The notes: generated from the sequence alone by a model not told the origin. 62,911 bases of DNA, filler included, from Sphacelaria rigidula (GCA_964200075.2; 6 parts of 6 records of this genome joined end to end with filler, not necessarily neighbours in it), one strand, 5' to 3'; positions 24,750 to 38,500 are shown, counted from the first letter of the whole stretch. Numbers and translations: made by a program.

Positions 24750-26830
24750 TGCCGTAAATGCATCCTATTTACTACCAATGATGGTGTGCAACTACTCGTG
24801 CGTCGGCCCACGCCTTTGACAGGCGCGATTTCCTCCTCAACCACGGGACGCCACGCACGACTACTCGATGACGAACCAACGCGCATATATGTGCCAATAT
24901 TAGCGCGCCCCTGGGTCATGAAAGGCCGCCACACAGCCTTGTCATATCACCTTGGCGTTACCCGCACCCTAGCGCTCTTGGAACGCCTCTACTGGTTGGT
25001 TGGCATGGAAATTTCAACGCGCTTCTGGATTCGGCGATGCTTCAAATGCCAAGTCCGAAAGACTTCACGACAGACAGTACGCTGGCCCGTCATCTCTGTG
25101 GGACTCCCCGACGAGCCCGGCCACCTTGTGTCCTTTGACTACTTTGGCCCTCTACCGACCACAGGTCGCGGCAACACCTACATCTTACTCTTCACTGACT
25201 GCTTCAGCCGCCGCGCGTCCATGTACGTGGTAACCGCGGCGGATTTCACTGCCGCCGGCACGGCCGACATATTGGTCCACGATTACATGAAGCACTACGG
25301 TTGCCCAAGGCGCCTCCTTTCAGACAATGGTCAGCAAGTTTGCTCGCACCTCTCTGATGAGCTTTACAAGCTCCCGGGCATCCGCAAAATTGCCACGAGC
25401 GTCTACCACCCGAACGGTAACGGTGGTACCGAAAGAGGTAATCACACCATGGCCCAGATGTTCTCTATAGTTGTCAATGACCGCCGAAATGACAGGGACC
25501 TACATCATCTCTCGCACATCATGTTGCCCTACAACAACTCGTTTAACGCCGCCACAGGCCTTTCTCCGAATGTTCTTCATCTTGGACGTTACCCTCGGCT
25601 GCCTATCACCGTGTTTGAGCGACACACGTTCGATGGCCACCAAGGATTGGATCAGGATCAGACATCCTACCACGAGCTAGCGCATGCACGAAAACACAAA
25701 GCGTTTACCCTCGTGCGCGAACAACACGCTATCAACGCCTCGCGTCTAGAGAGATCTAACACTGCTCTCTACAACCTCGTGCACAAACACTCTAAGTGGG
25801 ACGTTGGTGATTGAGTTTGGATCTACAATAGTTTGTCGACCATCCCAAGGCATCAGCAAGGCAGCCAACGAAGGAATGTTGAAGACAAAATTGTCCCTCA
25901 ATTGGACAGGACCATTCAAGATCCTGACAGTCGGACCATCGTCATCATCACCGGATGATGAATCCGTTTCGTGTCACATTGCTCTATCCCGACTTGCCTC
26001 GCGACTTCCAGGGCAAGGACACCAAACTCCGCGTCTCCGTGCACAGATGCAAACCCTGCACGAACCCGCACGATACAAGTACCTGCCTGCCGGACTCACA
26101 CAGTATGTTCTCAACAGCTACTCGACCAAGTCCCCGCCCTACCACGTTACAACCGGCGACGTGACGGAACCGCCCCTTCGATTCACCGTTCCACCATCTC
26201 CGGCCGTCAGATAACCCGTGGTCGAGGTGGAAACATCGCTGTCATGTATATGACACGCTGGCACCGTCTTCGGAGAGCATCTTGGGAACGCGAATCCGAC
26301 CTTCATTTGCACCGCCATGCAATCCTCCTTTACTGGACGCAATCCCAACATCAGCATCTTGCTCACAAAAAGAAATATCGCAACATGCGTCATGGCGCAG
26401 CAGCCCGTGAACTTCACCGCGATCAAGGACTACGCTTCATCGCCGATGGTTACGAAGTTGTACCCACCAAGACTTGTAAGACGCAGTTCTTCACAAACCA
26501 GCGACTACTGCCCAAGGGCAGCTACCTTTGGTCCAAAGGCAGCGACAACCTCTGGTGGTTGGGCCAGAACCACTCCGCAAACCTGGTTTTGGCCGACACA
26601 TACATCGTGCGCTTCATCGATCACCTGGACCCATGTAGCTCAAGTTCCGGCCAGCCCTATACACCACCAGCGCGTCTGCACCACGCGGATCCTGGTGCCT
26701 CCAGCACCTTAAGTCCAAAGGACTTTGCCGCGGTCTCCAGCGCAACATCGACAACACCCACGACGCCCACACGCCGCTTTGAACCACGCTCCCTTGTCGC
26801 AACTGTTGCCCCCCCGACTCCCATTTTCCT
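24750..26830 (+). mobile_element. Ty3/gypsy (chromovirus-like) integrase, pseudogenised
   Basis: HHCC zinc finger (HTALSYHLG...CFKC), DDE core (SFDYFGP, LLSDNG, NGGTER), WTGPFKI motif, then chromodomain-like RGRGGNIAVMYMTRW...SWERESDL; stop at 25812 and later frameshifts. Confidence 0.95.
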
Positions 26831-27029
26831 GTAGCATTGCCTGCCCTCCCTTCTCCACCAAGACCCTCTTCTACGACATCAAAACAGCGCGACCTACATT
26901 GGACAGCGATCAAGAATTACTGGAGACGACCACCATCTACGACTGCTGGAGCTATCGTGTCCCCTTGCGGCTGGCGCTCGATCTTGTAGGATCACCGATT
27001 TTCAGGTCTCTGATCTTGCAGTTTTTTGC

Positions 27030-27215
27030 ACCTTTGGATTCCCCCAGGTTAAAGCTCTGCTCCCTGTTATCCCTTTGGATTCCCTCAGGTTGAAGCTTTG
27101 CTCTCTGTTGTACCTTTAAATTTCCTCAGGTTGAAGCTCTGCTCCCTGTTGTAACTTTGGTTTCCCCCAGGTTAGAGCTCTGCTCCCTGCTGTACCTCCC
27201 TGTTTTCCCCCCTTA
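27030..27215 (+). repeat. ~36-bp tandem repeat in retroelement 3' region
   Basis: About 5 copies of CCTTTGGATTCC(C/T)CAGGTT(A/G)AAGCTCTGCTCCCTGTT. Confidence 0.9.
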
Positions 27216-27343
27216 ACATTTGCTAGGACCCCGAAGCAATTTGTGCTGCTTCGTTGATCGCTAGCACGCAGAAGCAGTTTTTGCTTCCGCGTTTCGGAGC
27301 AGTTTTTTCTGCTCCTCAAAGCAGTCTATGGTTCCCTTCTTTC

Positions 27344-27370
27344 GAGGTATGGGGGTGGGTACAGGAGTGT
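27344..27370 (+). promoter_or_regulatory. Putative polypurine tract and start of 3' LTR
   Basis: GAGGTATGGGGGTGGGTACAGGAG followed by TGT, downstream of the integrase; LTR end not identified. Confidence 0.4.
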
Positions 27371-30300
27371 CGGTACGGGATTGTTGGGTACGGGAGTGTT
27401 TCCTTAGGTATGTTTTATTAGCCGCTCATGACTTCACGGGTAAAGAAAAACCTTAGTTTTCGCTGCTCTGAAGATAGATCCTCGCAGCTGTAATAAAGGT
27501 TCGTGTGGGTGGGTTAGTGCCATGAACGCGCATATTAGCCTGTTGTCACGCCGCTTCAGATCCGTTGTCGAGTCTGGCTATCTGCATTTCTGGCTATTCG
27601 TATTCAGAGGATTCTAAGACACAAGACTGCAGGTCTGTTCAGAGTTGGTCAGGTACGAGCGTGAATCTGCATATGGCAGAGAGGAGGATGGCTCGAGCCG
27701 CCCTTGTGCGAGCGGGACCCACCCTCTTTTACTACTATCGTCGACGCTATTCCAGCAAAAGAAGTCTAAAAATCGGTGAGACTGATTGACTGAGCGTGAG
27801 GTTGGATTGATTGATTGGATACGGGAAGGTAGAGACAAAATATTAAAGACGAAGAAGAGAACTGCGCGTGAGACTTTATCCTGACACGCTATGTGAAGAG
27901 CTGTGCCGGACTGATGATCTGTCTATTGTCCACTTGCCTTGTAAGCCTGTGCCTTGCTATAACCGCACCGCAACCTCACTACAGTATGTGAAACTCGGCT
28001 CCCCGTATCCTAGTTTGATTTTTTCTATTTTTTCAAGTGAAAGTGATGCCAATCCATCAGATGATGGGACCCAATGGCTGCCAGGTCAGGTCCTCCTACG
28101 AATCGCCATCACTTTCACTTGAAAAATAGTAGACAGCTCAGAGCCAGCGAATAAACCAGGATACCGGGAGGCGAGCTTAAGGTACCTCCAAGAAGAGGCT
28201 AGTTGACCCTTGGAGAAGACCTACTTGAACTTTGAGTAAAGTATTTGTTGCTCCGTTCCCCTTCCTCGAACGAAGGCCATGACCGGTCTTGTCGGTACGG
28301 CGTGGGGAGGGTATTTTCGGCGGGTGTAGGGCCGGAATCACCTTCGAGGAGTGATTCCTTCTCACTGCTACCTTTGGCCAAGGTTGTGGTGTGGTGGTAG
28401 AGTTGGGTCAACAGGGTGCTCATCAGGCATACCCACCCCTGTTGTACTGCAGCGATATAATATGTTACAACCTGGGTGCGGGCATATCCTGCGTTACAAG
28501 CAGTATAGTGTGACAACACCCTGAGTGCGGGCATGTTGGAATACGGTGTGTGCGCGGAGGCAGTTGNNNNNNNNNNACGCACACCCTTGATACAAAGGAG
28601 TGTGTGCCGGTGCGTAGACTGGCTTCGGCGACAAGGATGGTCAGGTCTGGTTGAGCTCCCTGGACGAGACACTTACTACACACCAGCACCACAGTGCACA
28701 ATGAAGAGCAGTAGACCTAAAGAATTATCCGTACACAATGGTTGATAGGAAGGACTACAATATTTTAGACTCGATAAAGTCCTGAAAATTGCATGGTGTG
28801 GGGTAGGTGAGCAGTGGATCCAGCTCGCCCAGAACGTGCTTCTGTCGAAACCGACGTTTTATGCGACGATTGGAAGTCTGACAACGCACACTTGGCCTAG
28901 AGGAATCTATGCACCCTCACCGCCCGAGGGTCTCGTGCGCCTTGGGTCGGGGTTGGTGTTGGGGCTAGTGTTAGTGTAAGTTTATAACATTCCATGATAT
29001 CTCCCATCAACCGTTATCTATGAAGATCTTTGTAGCTCTCCTCCCTTTGACCGCGAGAATAGGTAGGTCACCCACTGAATTGGCATCATTATTCACTTGA
29101 AAAGAGTATGTGTCATCCAGATGAACTACCCGCACCGAGGTTGAAGGGTTAACCGTCGATAGGCTACGTTTTAGAATGATCGACACAATTTTATAAGCGT
29201 TATTTCAATCATGTGGACGTAGTTTATAAAATCGAAATGTTTTGCTTCTATAGCTGTTCCGAAGTTGGGTACATACATGTTGTTATGGTAGATGATGTCT
29301 CTGCAGACGGCAGTCAGTAGAGTAGAGCAACGAAAGCTCCAGATTGCAGCATTGCCGCACCCCTCTTCACCACGCTAGCAAATGTTAGGTCATCGCCATA
29401 GGTATCGTTTTTCACTCCATATGTCAAGAAGGTCTCCACAAGTGTTTGATCTCTCTCAAACACACCCCAATGGCCCGCGACACGCTCTTGTTGTCGGGCG
29501 CCTAGATGGTCACAAGTCGGGTAAAATCAACGATGAATAACACCTCTCAAGTTCAAATTGGATCTGTTCTTATCGCCGCAACACCGCCCTTGCTGACATA
29601 TGTGTGACAGTGAACAGTAGTAGCGGTAACGGGAACATTGCCCTGTTTTTCAACGACATGTTTTTCAGCACACAGAGGCGCGTCCTGTCCAAAAAGAAAA
29701 GGAGAAATCGATCTTCGCATTGGTGACCTCCAGAAACAAGAAGAGACGGAATCTCTCCGCACCTCGATGTTCCTCGGGGGGCTGTGCGCAGCAACACAAT
29801 AACCTGCGTACCGGCACATGGAAAAATTGGGTACATGCTGGTAACATCGATGACGCCAGTCTGTCGAGCAGTTGATAATCGCCGAGCGAGGACATACGAA
29901 GGACACGGGCGAGGAGCTTTCTCTCTGTCGTTGCTGCTCTCTCTGGTGGTATCGTAATCAACACGCGTGTACACCGCATTCGTTCGGTGCACCTAGCCAT
30001 AACTGATTCGCTGCTGCAGAGTCTTGGGGAGAAAGACGGTTTAGCGCCGTGTACATGTTTCGCGTCATCCCTGTCAAAAAGATGTGCCACTTGAATCTCA
30101 TTTTTGAGATCGACCCCGTATTCCAGAATCCACTTTTGGTTGGTTTCCGAAGCCTCCAGTAGTGATCACGAGATAGGCACACCCAAGGTGAACGTGAACA
30201 CACTGGGAACGCTTGCTAAAGGAACACTCGATAGATGACAAACGGCAAATAGAAAAGTATATGATGAAGCACGTGGGCCAGAAAATGAAAATAATGGGGA

Positions 30301-30943
30301 AACATAGAACCAGACGGGAAAGGGAAGGCAGCGGAAGGGAAGGGAAGAGAAAATAAGAAAACACACCAACCGAAGTCAAGCACTGATGCCATCACGAACG
30401 GAATTGATACACAAAAACAGGAAATTTCCGGAACCTGCCGAACGCGTTCGCTTCGCGATGCCGCACGAAAACAATTACAGTAGGGGTGACGTTGACGAGC
30501 ACACGTTGAGTTGACTTCCTGAACTACGGTATAATGTAGACGAGTAGAATTCCAGCCGTCACAGCTAAATCAGTAAAAATGGCAAGAATTTTTCTTGACT
30601 CACCGAGCAAAGACAAGGACGACCGTCAAACAAGATACTTCTCCGCGATTCTTGCACCTTTGGCCATCTGCCGAGATTTCGCGTAAGTTCCGACACGCTG
30701 TTTTCGCCTGGTTGTGAATGTTTCGCAATGGAAGGCCAGCTCATCACCGTAATCTGACAAAGCTTTGAGGTAACGGATAGACAATCGTCCATTGCGCTCA
30801 CTATTTTCGTGATTTTTACGAATCCAGTCATCCGCAGAGTGAGACGGGTTTGAGTCTTCAACTCCGCGTCAACAGGTTTACGAGGTCCACCAGTTAGACC
30901 ACAGGGGCGAGGTGACATCACAGGGTGCTCCCAGATTACACAG

Positions 30944-31350
30944 AACACGGAGTTTCATGACTCGGAGATGGATTTTATAATGACAAATAAAACTCTCGTA
31001 TCCACACCAACTATTCGAAAGATAGTTCCACTCCTTCACCTACTGGTAGCTTTTGACAAATACTAAACGCCATACAAATTCGGATCCTAATTACTGACAC
31101 GATGGGGTCCTGGGGAAAGAAACATTTCTGGTGAATTAGGATCATGAAATCGGATCGCCGGAATCCCCGAAAATTACGTTTCAACCTCGGACCCTATCGT
31201 TCCGGTAATCGAAATCCACATTTATATCGCGTGGAGTAGATGTCAATAGCCGCCAGCAAGTGAAAAAATGAATCCATATTTCGGTGTTTGATGTGGATAC
31301 GAATATTTAAACTCTCCGGGTTTCTCATCCTCGAAGCAAACTCCATCCAA
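30944..31350. mobile_element. Foldback MITE copy 2 (more diverged)
   Basis: Shares CGTATCCACACCAA...TTCACCTACTG.TAGC and the inverse TGTGGATACG...CCGGGTTTCTCATCC with copy 1. Confidence 0.85.
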
Positions 31351-31407
31351 CAACAAATTGTGCGAATTGAGGTTTAACTCCGAGATGAGGTTCAAGCCCC
31401 AGTGCTT

Positions 31408-31507
31408 NNNNNNNNNNNNNNNNNNNNNNNNNNNNNNNNNNNNNNNNNNNNTTAATTAATTAANNNNNNNNNNNNNNNNNNNNNNNNNNNNNNNNNNNNN
31501 NNNNNNN
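31408..31507. other. Artificial contig-joining linker
   Basis: 44 N + TTAATTAATTAA + 44 N. Confidence 0.99.
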
Positions 31508-32381
31508 TGCCTTAGTCGTTTGACCCTTGACCACGCCTCCCCTCCCAGACGGAGCAGGGGAGGGGGGGGCAAAAGTCGTGTCGAATGTCCCAGAAGTGGA
31601 AACGCCCCCATAAAAGAAAGGAAAATAAACGTCAGAAACAGTCTTGATACAACAACAGAATTTCCACGGAACATGCAATAATACATGGGTTCGGTGTATT
31701 TGTGGTGGAGGTACGAATTATCTGACGAGGAACGAGGTCGCAAAACCAGCGCGCCGGCACGGGTGGTCGCTGGTACATGACACCTAAATTCCATGCCGTT
31801 CCTGCGCAGGTAGGTAGGTAGGCGACTGCGACAAGTTGAACATCATTCGTCAAGCGCGGATCGTGTTGTGGACGAACACACACGTGATCAGCCTGCTTCC
31901 TTATTGTAAACCCGCCTACACATGTGTACTTGTCAAGATCAAGAGAGGCATACCGTGGACATCCTGCCCTAGACAGACACAATGCTCGAAGACATACTCG
32001 TGCTGGACCAGTACGTTCGTATGCCAGAAATGTGTGGTTGGAAGTTAAGAGCTAGGTATATCCGCCATCGTCCAAAACACATTCAGATACAGTGACTATA
32101 CGAGTAGGCAATACGGTACTGACTGTGGTACAACGCAGCATCGGACTCTAGTACCACCTGTGTGGATCTCGTCGGTTTGTCGTGTGCGTCCTAAATACAC
32201 CTTGTTCTGTGTAAAAGGGCCAGCCTCGGTACATACATACATGCAAAGGTGTAAACTCCGTGGGGTCAGTTTTGGAAACTCACCATCCTCTTCTCCATTT
32301 TCCACCGGAAGAATGGGGAAATGACAGTTTCATGCTACAAAACGTTTGGGCCTGCGTTGTACTCTTTACATTCAACATCTC

Positions 32382-32829
32382 AAAACAGCCGATCATCGAA
32401 TTCGAGGATCGAGCTTGTCATCGAGGATTAGAACCCGGAGGATTAAAATCTTCGTATCTACACCAAATCTTCGGAATATGGTTCAATTTCTTCACCTACT
32501 CGTAGCTATTGAAAAGTACTACACGACATACAAACATGGATTCCGATAACCGAAATGTTGGAATCCTAGGTGAAGAACCGATTCCGGGGAATGTCGGCGA
32601 TCCGATCGAATCACCGAAATCCCCCCAAATTGTGCATTCATCTAGGACCCCAACATTTCGGGTATCGAAATTCAGATTCGCAGGGCGTGCAGCAGTTGTC
32701 AAAAGCTATCAGTAGGTTAAGGGATGGAACCATATTTCGAAGATCGGGTGTGGATACGAAGATTTTAACCCTCCGGGTTCTCATACTCAATGAAAAGCTC
32801 CATCCTCAATCTCGATGATCGGCCGTTTT
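32382..32829. mobile_element. Foldback MITE copy 3
   Basis: Ends AAAACAGCCGATCATCGA / TCGATGATCGGCCGTTTT; internal arms similar to 23879-24324. Confidence 0.9.
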
Positions 32830-33364
32830 AAGGTGCCAAACCCGCAGCGCAAACGCCCTATATCAATATGATCAGCCCTCGAAACAGCAATATCTACACG
32901 CAGTGCTATCATGGTGCGTGCAGCATCGAGGCACCCACACTGCAAGAAGCAAGGACCAGTGGTAAACACTGTATTGTTTTCTTGGAATGATACGCCTCTA
33001 TTTTTCCGTTTCAACAAGGTGATAATTCCGTTCTCAAACGGCAAAGATCACATACGCGTTTGCAACACCATAACAAGCTACAAATGACTTTCTGGGTGCG
33101 AAAACAAGTACCGCAGTAAAAGTATCTACGGAACCAACGCAGACGGCAGGTACATGAAAAAAAAAATGTCGGGAACGAACGAGGCCGTTTACGACATCGA
33201 CTAATATCTACGATATGCATACCTACAGAACGCTCGGACACGAGGACAAAACGTCAACAAATGGCAGTTCGGTAGTTGCCCAAACGTGGTGGGTCGTCGT
33301 CGGCACCCTCGCACCTCGACCTCCACACAACAACACGCGGGAACCTTTCTCACGTTACAAAACA

Positions 33365-34771
33365 TCACCAGCGTCTGCCATCAATCATGGCCCCGGCTAC
33401 CGAACGGTTACCCGTTCGTGCGCCTGCAGCGACGACAGTGGTGGCCGTGTCATCGAAGTCCCTCCGCCGCGCTCCACCGGCAGCACTGTCCGCAGCCGCA
33501 GCAGCAGCCGCGGCAGCAGCAGCGGTGGGGCGCAGACCAGAAACAAGCCGCCGCAATTCTTTCGCTGCACAATCGGGACACGCCGCTTCAGCACCCCGTC
33601 CTTCGTACTCTCGCACCAGCAGCTGCTGCGTGCGTTGCAGAGAGCTCGTAGCCTTTCCGAGGCTCGAAACAGAAGCGGGAACCACGGTATTCAGTAGGTG
33701 ATGTTGGGAGAAGCAGTGACCGCACGAAAACCAAACGACTTCGTCGGCGGCGGCGGCAGTGCTACTCCCGTCGCCCGCGCCGCCAGACGCCAACCATCGG
33801 TCGCTTCGAGTCTTTCCAGAAGCACCGTTCGTGGTGCCACCGACGCCAGCAGCGCTCCCCGACCTTGCTAGGGGTTCCGCGACGCTTCCCGTACCTGAGG
33901 CAGCAGTAGGTCTCAACCAAACCGTCGGAGGGGCCCCGATCTCGGTGCGGTGCTTGAGTAAGGCAGCAAGCGAGGATGGCAGAGCAGCCGCGGGGTGTTC
34001 GGAAGAAAACCATGTCGCAGCAGGCGGAGACGCGGCGGAGAAGGTGCCGTTTGTGCCCCCTGCTTCGGGTGCGACGCCGACCGCCGCGAGCCGACCGCTT
34101 GCTTGCATCAGGGCAAGGTTGAACCGGGGCGACAGGCCAAGACGCTGCGCGGCGCCAACCTGCGCTGGGTTTGGGCCTGACGAGCGCGCCCGATTGGTAT
34201 TTCCTCCTGTACCATTGCATCCAGACCATCCATTTCCCATGGTGAATCCCTGGGGCGACGTTCCAGGCCCGTGTGCTGCCGCGCCGACATCAGGAGAAAG
34301 CTGGGGGAAGAAGAGAGTGGTGAGCACACGAACGTCGTTCACGTTGGCCAACCGTCGCTGCAACGCTGGTTCGAGTGACGCGAGAGGAAGCTCGAAGTAT
34401 TCCCAGACGCACAAGGCTTGGGCAAGAGTTGACGCACGCGTGAGGATGGTAACGGACGGGGCCGAAGAGTGGTTTTCCCTCATTGAAGGAGCCTCCGTGT
34501 TCGGCGGAAATACTCCATCCGCGAAGGCCCTCGATGTCCGTGAATCACTCGCAAGTTTCTCGAAAACATAGTCGTCCATGATCTGCAGTATCGACGAGGC
34601 AACGTCTGCGTCTTCAGGTCCTGCTTGCGTTGCAGAGTCAGCCGCTGCCGAATGAAGTGGACTTACGGGCGGTGGTTCCCATCGCAACGGTTGTCGCGTT
34701 TGTACTTGCCGTTGAGGTTCTTCTCCACTGAGAATACGACCTGCGACTCCAGCGGCTCTCGCGTCGCTTCC
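33365..34771 (-). CDS. Exon 5 (terminal) of ~1,812-aa uncharacterised protein; C-terminal Cys/His zinc finger
   Basis: Acceptor ttccgaaag|GGA in phase 0; 468 codons plus stop; contains VVWFSCGHCF...ACPDC. Confidence 0.85.
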   Translation of the reverse strand, partial: GSDARAAGVAGRILSGEEPQRQVQTRQPLRWEPPPVSPLHSAAADSATQAGPEDADVASSILQIMDDYVFEKLASDSRTSRAFADGVFPPNTEAPSMRENHSSAPSVTILTRASTLAQALCVWEYFELPLASLEPALQRRLANVNDVRVLTTLFFPQLSPDVGAAAHGPGTSPQGFTMGNGWSGCNGTGGNTNRARSSGPNPAQVGAAQRLGLSPRFNLALMQASGRLAAVGVAPEAGGTNGTFSAASPPAATWFSSEHPAAALPSSLAALLKHRTEIGAPPTVWLRPTAASGTGSVAEPLARSGSAAGVGGTTNGASGKTRSDRWLASGGAGDGSSTAAAADEVVWFSCGHCFSQHHLLNTVVPASVSSLGKATSSLQRTQQLLVREYEGRGAEAACPDCAAKELRRLVSGLRPTAAAAAAAAAAADSAAGGARRRDFDDTATTVVAAGARTGNRSVAGAMIDGRRW

Positions 34772-34781
34772 CTTTCGGAAT

Positions 34782-34789
34782 CACACACA

Positions 34790-34822
<33 letters not shown>
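34782..34822. repeat. (CA)n microsatellite
   Basis: CA run next to the exon 5 acceptor. Confidence 0.95.
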
Positions 34823-34827
<5 letters not shown>

Positions 34828-35178
34828 ACGAACGGTGTCACGACATATGCAACTTGGGAGTCAGCGGTTGCCGCAAAGAAGTCGAGTTACTGTCAACATC
34901 AACATAGCATTACTAAGAAAGTTATTGTTGAACTTTTCGTCTCATCACGCTATGCGACATGGACAAAACAAGCAGCAACACCTGCCGATGCCAATGAAAA
35001 ATATAGACGTGCTGTCGACTGAAAAAAAACAATCGTCGTGGGCTCTCGTTCGGTGCGGCGATGTACGGGCTTCATTTCAGATCACACAGGAGAACCCCGC
35101 ACTTTCTTGTATTTCCGCTCGAAAGTAAGTGGACACTGTGGTTCGCCCAGTTGCGGGCTGCTACAGTAGTTCTCTGAC

Positions 35179-38148
35179 CTGCAACATGCACACGATACCA
35201 TGGAGCTTAGCTGATGCGGCGTCCTGTGGGTGGCCTGAGAGCGTCAAAGCCAGCGCGACCGCCGCCCAGCATCCCGCTCCCTTGGCCTTGAGTAAAAGTC
35301 GCACGGGATCGTGCCAGCCCCGCAGCAAGCGCAAGCAGCGCAGAATCACCCGTCGCGCCGCTGTTGGCAAACCTCCGATTTGGTTCCTGCCTGCGGCAGT
35401 AGCGTCGTTGCCGTCTGCACTGCCCCCGAGCCCCTCCTCTCTGACCATCACGTGAAGCAACGACAAGACGCGAGACCACTGTGGTAATGGTTGCTCCGCC
35501 TGTGAAGACTGCGACACGTGTGAATCGGAAGTGACGGGCACAACATCATCACGGAAAGCACACGATGCGGCGAATTCTTCTCTGGTAACACCAGAACTGT
35601 TCCTACTCCCTCCTTCGGGGTCTGGGTCCGCTGTAGCACTATTCATCCGGCGAGCAGAGCAGCCCATGCAGCCAGCGCGCAACCACGCGCAACGATGCTC
35701 GCGCCCTGGCGGTGGTTCTCGGCCGCTTAACTCGACAAGAACGTCCAAGACAACCTCGATCGCCTCGTGTGTTGCGGCGGGAGGAGCAGCCGAGCTTTGG
35801 TACATTGATGTCGGTACCGGCGTGGGTGTGTCCTCCACTCCCTCTGTGCAGGCATCATCCATGCACCAATGGAGGAGCCGACAGGCTAGCCGTGCAAGCT
35901 CTTCATTAAGGAGTGCAGGGAGTGCAGGGGTGAGGTGACTACGAATGTCACCCGGTTTTCCAACCAAAGGCCGTGCTACCTCACTTTGTGTCGGTGCGGT
36001 TGGTTCTTGCTCTGCTGGAGTCGACATCGTCTCCTTACCGAGTACTTTTTCCGTCTCGCCGAACAAAATTCGGCGATCAGACATAAGCACGCGCACCTGC
36101 AGCCTGGGATCAAGGGCAGCCAACAATGTTCCGCCTCCGGCGTGGACAGCCTGCGCTGCCGTCCCCGAAGCGCACAAAGCTTCAACAGCAAGGCTGCCAA
36201 GACGCGGAGGCGGAAGAAAATCTGCCAACACGCGCAAGACTCCCTGGATTGCGATCCCACCGCGAATGGTGCCAGCGACCACGGCAAGATCCGCTTCGCC
36301 GTGGGCGTGAAGCAACCTCGCCGCCAGAATCGGGTCGAAATCTCGCGAGCTCACGACGAACTGTTCCAGCCGGGAGGTGGATCTCGCCGGAACTGAGGGG
36401 ATCGCTGACGGCGGTGTGCTCGAGTGCGCTGTACCCGCACTACTACTAGCGGGGGCTTTTTTATGTGGTGTGCGAGCTGCCGATGACTCTTGCTTTCTGT
36501 GCCTCGACGAAACTTGAGCTTGCGTCGCTCCCTCAGGATTCACGGACACCTGGCTCGAACTGCTGCTTGTTGCCATGGTAACACCGCCAGTACCAACATC
36601 CACGATACTGCTACAACTGCTCTTGCTACGAGGCATTCCCGCTGTCTGCCTTGAAGAAACCGACTGATCTCCTAGCACTTTGAGCGTGTGGTCAAATGAA
36701 CGACGCACATGCAGCGTAATGAGCCATTCTAAGAGCGAGTTGGCCAGATCCTCTCTTACCATCCGCGTAGTCACCCCCCCACCGGTTTCCTCCCCTCCTT
36801 GTGACGCCCGTGCACTACCCGATGACGAAGCTCGAGGACCATCTAAAGCCTCCATGGCAGCCCGCGCTGCCTCAGCCAGGTGTCCCGCAGAGTGCAGTTC
36901 GCGCGCACGGCGTACCGCTGCCGGGGTGGGTCGTCGAACGGCAATAGATGTGGTTGAGCCCTCAGATTTGTGATCCGCGTTACGATTGCTCGTTTCTGGC
37001 TGTGGCTTTGGTTGTGGTTGCAGCGAAGGGATAGACGGCGGCACTTTTGACGAGGAACTTGTTTCTGACCGCACGGATCTTGCTTTGCTCTTCTCGCCCA
37101 GCTCCACGCGGTAAACACCGGCGTCGCTCCACACAAGTCCCCACGTTCCCGAACTACCGTTGTCCTCCACGTGCTGGGCAGTGACGGCATCAATCCTGAC
37201 GGGGAAGAGCGCCACGCCAAGCACGTTCTCTTCAGATGGCAAGGGAAACAAGCGCACAGAAGACGGGGTGGGGCGCTCCCCGGTGCCGAGGGGCGCAACG
37301 GTGATGCGGGAAGGCGCACCTCCTGCCGGCGGACTTGCAAGCACGACCCAGTTTCCATCAACCGCAGAGAGAGCATGTTGCTCGGGGGAGTTGTGGTCAG
37401 CCGGGAGAGTCACCTGTCTTACTGTTTCTGTGCGAAGGGCTTGTTGCCTACCGCTGCCCATCTCCGGTCTTGCTACTGTCCTCAGTATCCTCACGGAGCA
37501 CTTGTTACCCCACGCTCGAGACACCACGGACATACGCAAGCGCGCGGCTTCATCACTGCAAACGCTTCCCGAAGAGTCATGCAAGGTGGGGATCGCACGA
37601 ACACCCGTTGCACCACCGCCACCCCCGCTCCCTCCGCGTCCCACGTCCACCCAAGCAGGCGCAAACTCGGCGTCCTCTGCGCTGTCGGCACTCAACCTAG
37701 CATACTCTGAGGCTGGACGGGCGCCGTCGCGGTGGCTGCGGACAATGTCGCTTTCGCCGAAACCATCTATATCGGTATCGTCCACGCTGACGATGCCACC
37801 GTTGTCGCTTCCTGCTCGGCTACTGGAACTGCGATCGCGTGGGTTTTCACCTTTGGTATCGCTTGTGTCGCCCGGACGTCCGCGCTCGAGGAGAACAAGA
37901 AACACTGCGCCCGTTTCAAGTACCACGACTAGATGCCTGTGCAAGTCAGCAGAGTGCCCGGCTTGAGCTTCGTGACGAGCTGCGGTAGGTGGCAACAACT
38001 TCAACCCGTCGTTTACGAAAGAACCGCCTGCGCAGCCCGGAGCAGCGAGAGTGTTGATAGTCAACGCGCACACACGGCCACGAGCAATGGAGGGCATCGG
38101 AGACTTCATCACCCACGAGTCTAATCGCTCCAGATCAAGGAAGTGCAC
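35179..38148 (-). CDS. Exon 4 (990 codons) of the same gene
   Basis: taacag|GTG CAC...TTG CAG|gtcaga; coincides with the 995-aa ORF; phase 0-0. Confidence 0.92.
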
Positions 38149-38500
38149 CTGTTACGGCCGGGAGGAAGGTGAGTACAACTTGTGAATGCCGACACGGGCA
38201 CAGCTGTAAGCGGGCTGGAGCGTGCGAAGCGCGTTGTTACGTGAAACGAGTAGTCACGATATCTTTGTGTAGAAAATTCAACTATCACAAGCGAGATTTG
38301 GGTGAAGCATGTGGTATCGAAGCACTACCGTAGAACACGATGCAATCGCGGACGCGCCTGATACACCTCTAAGTTTGCACCTGTGCTGATGCTTGTGTAC
38401 GTCCAAGCTCAACTTACGCGCTCATGAGTGCCGACGAAGAATCAACTCGTTCACCGGTAGACCTCAAATCTACACAAGCCTACCGACAAGCAGAGCGCAC

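Noticed and set aside
29140..29152. GAAGGG-TTAA as a piggyBac end
   Set aside because: No matching left end found in the same contig.
33759..37966. Long plus-strand ORFs (33759-34571, 37160-37966) as overlapping antisense genes
   Set aside because: Expected shadows of GC-rich coding exons on the minus strand; same for 21514-22227, 43460-44059 and 48757-49500.
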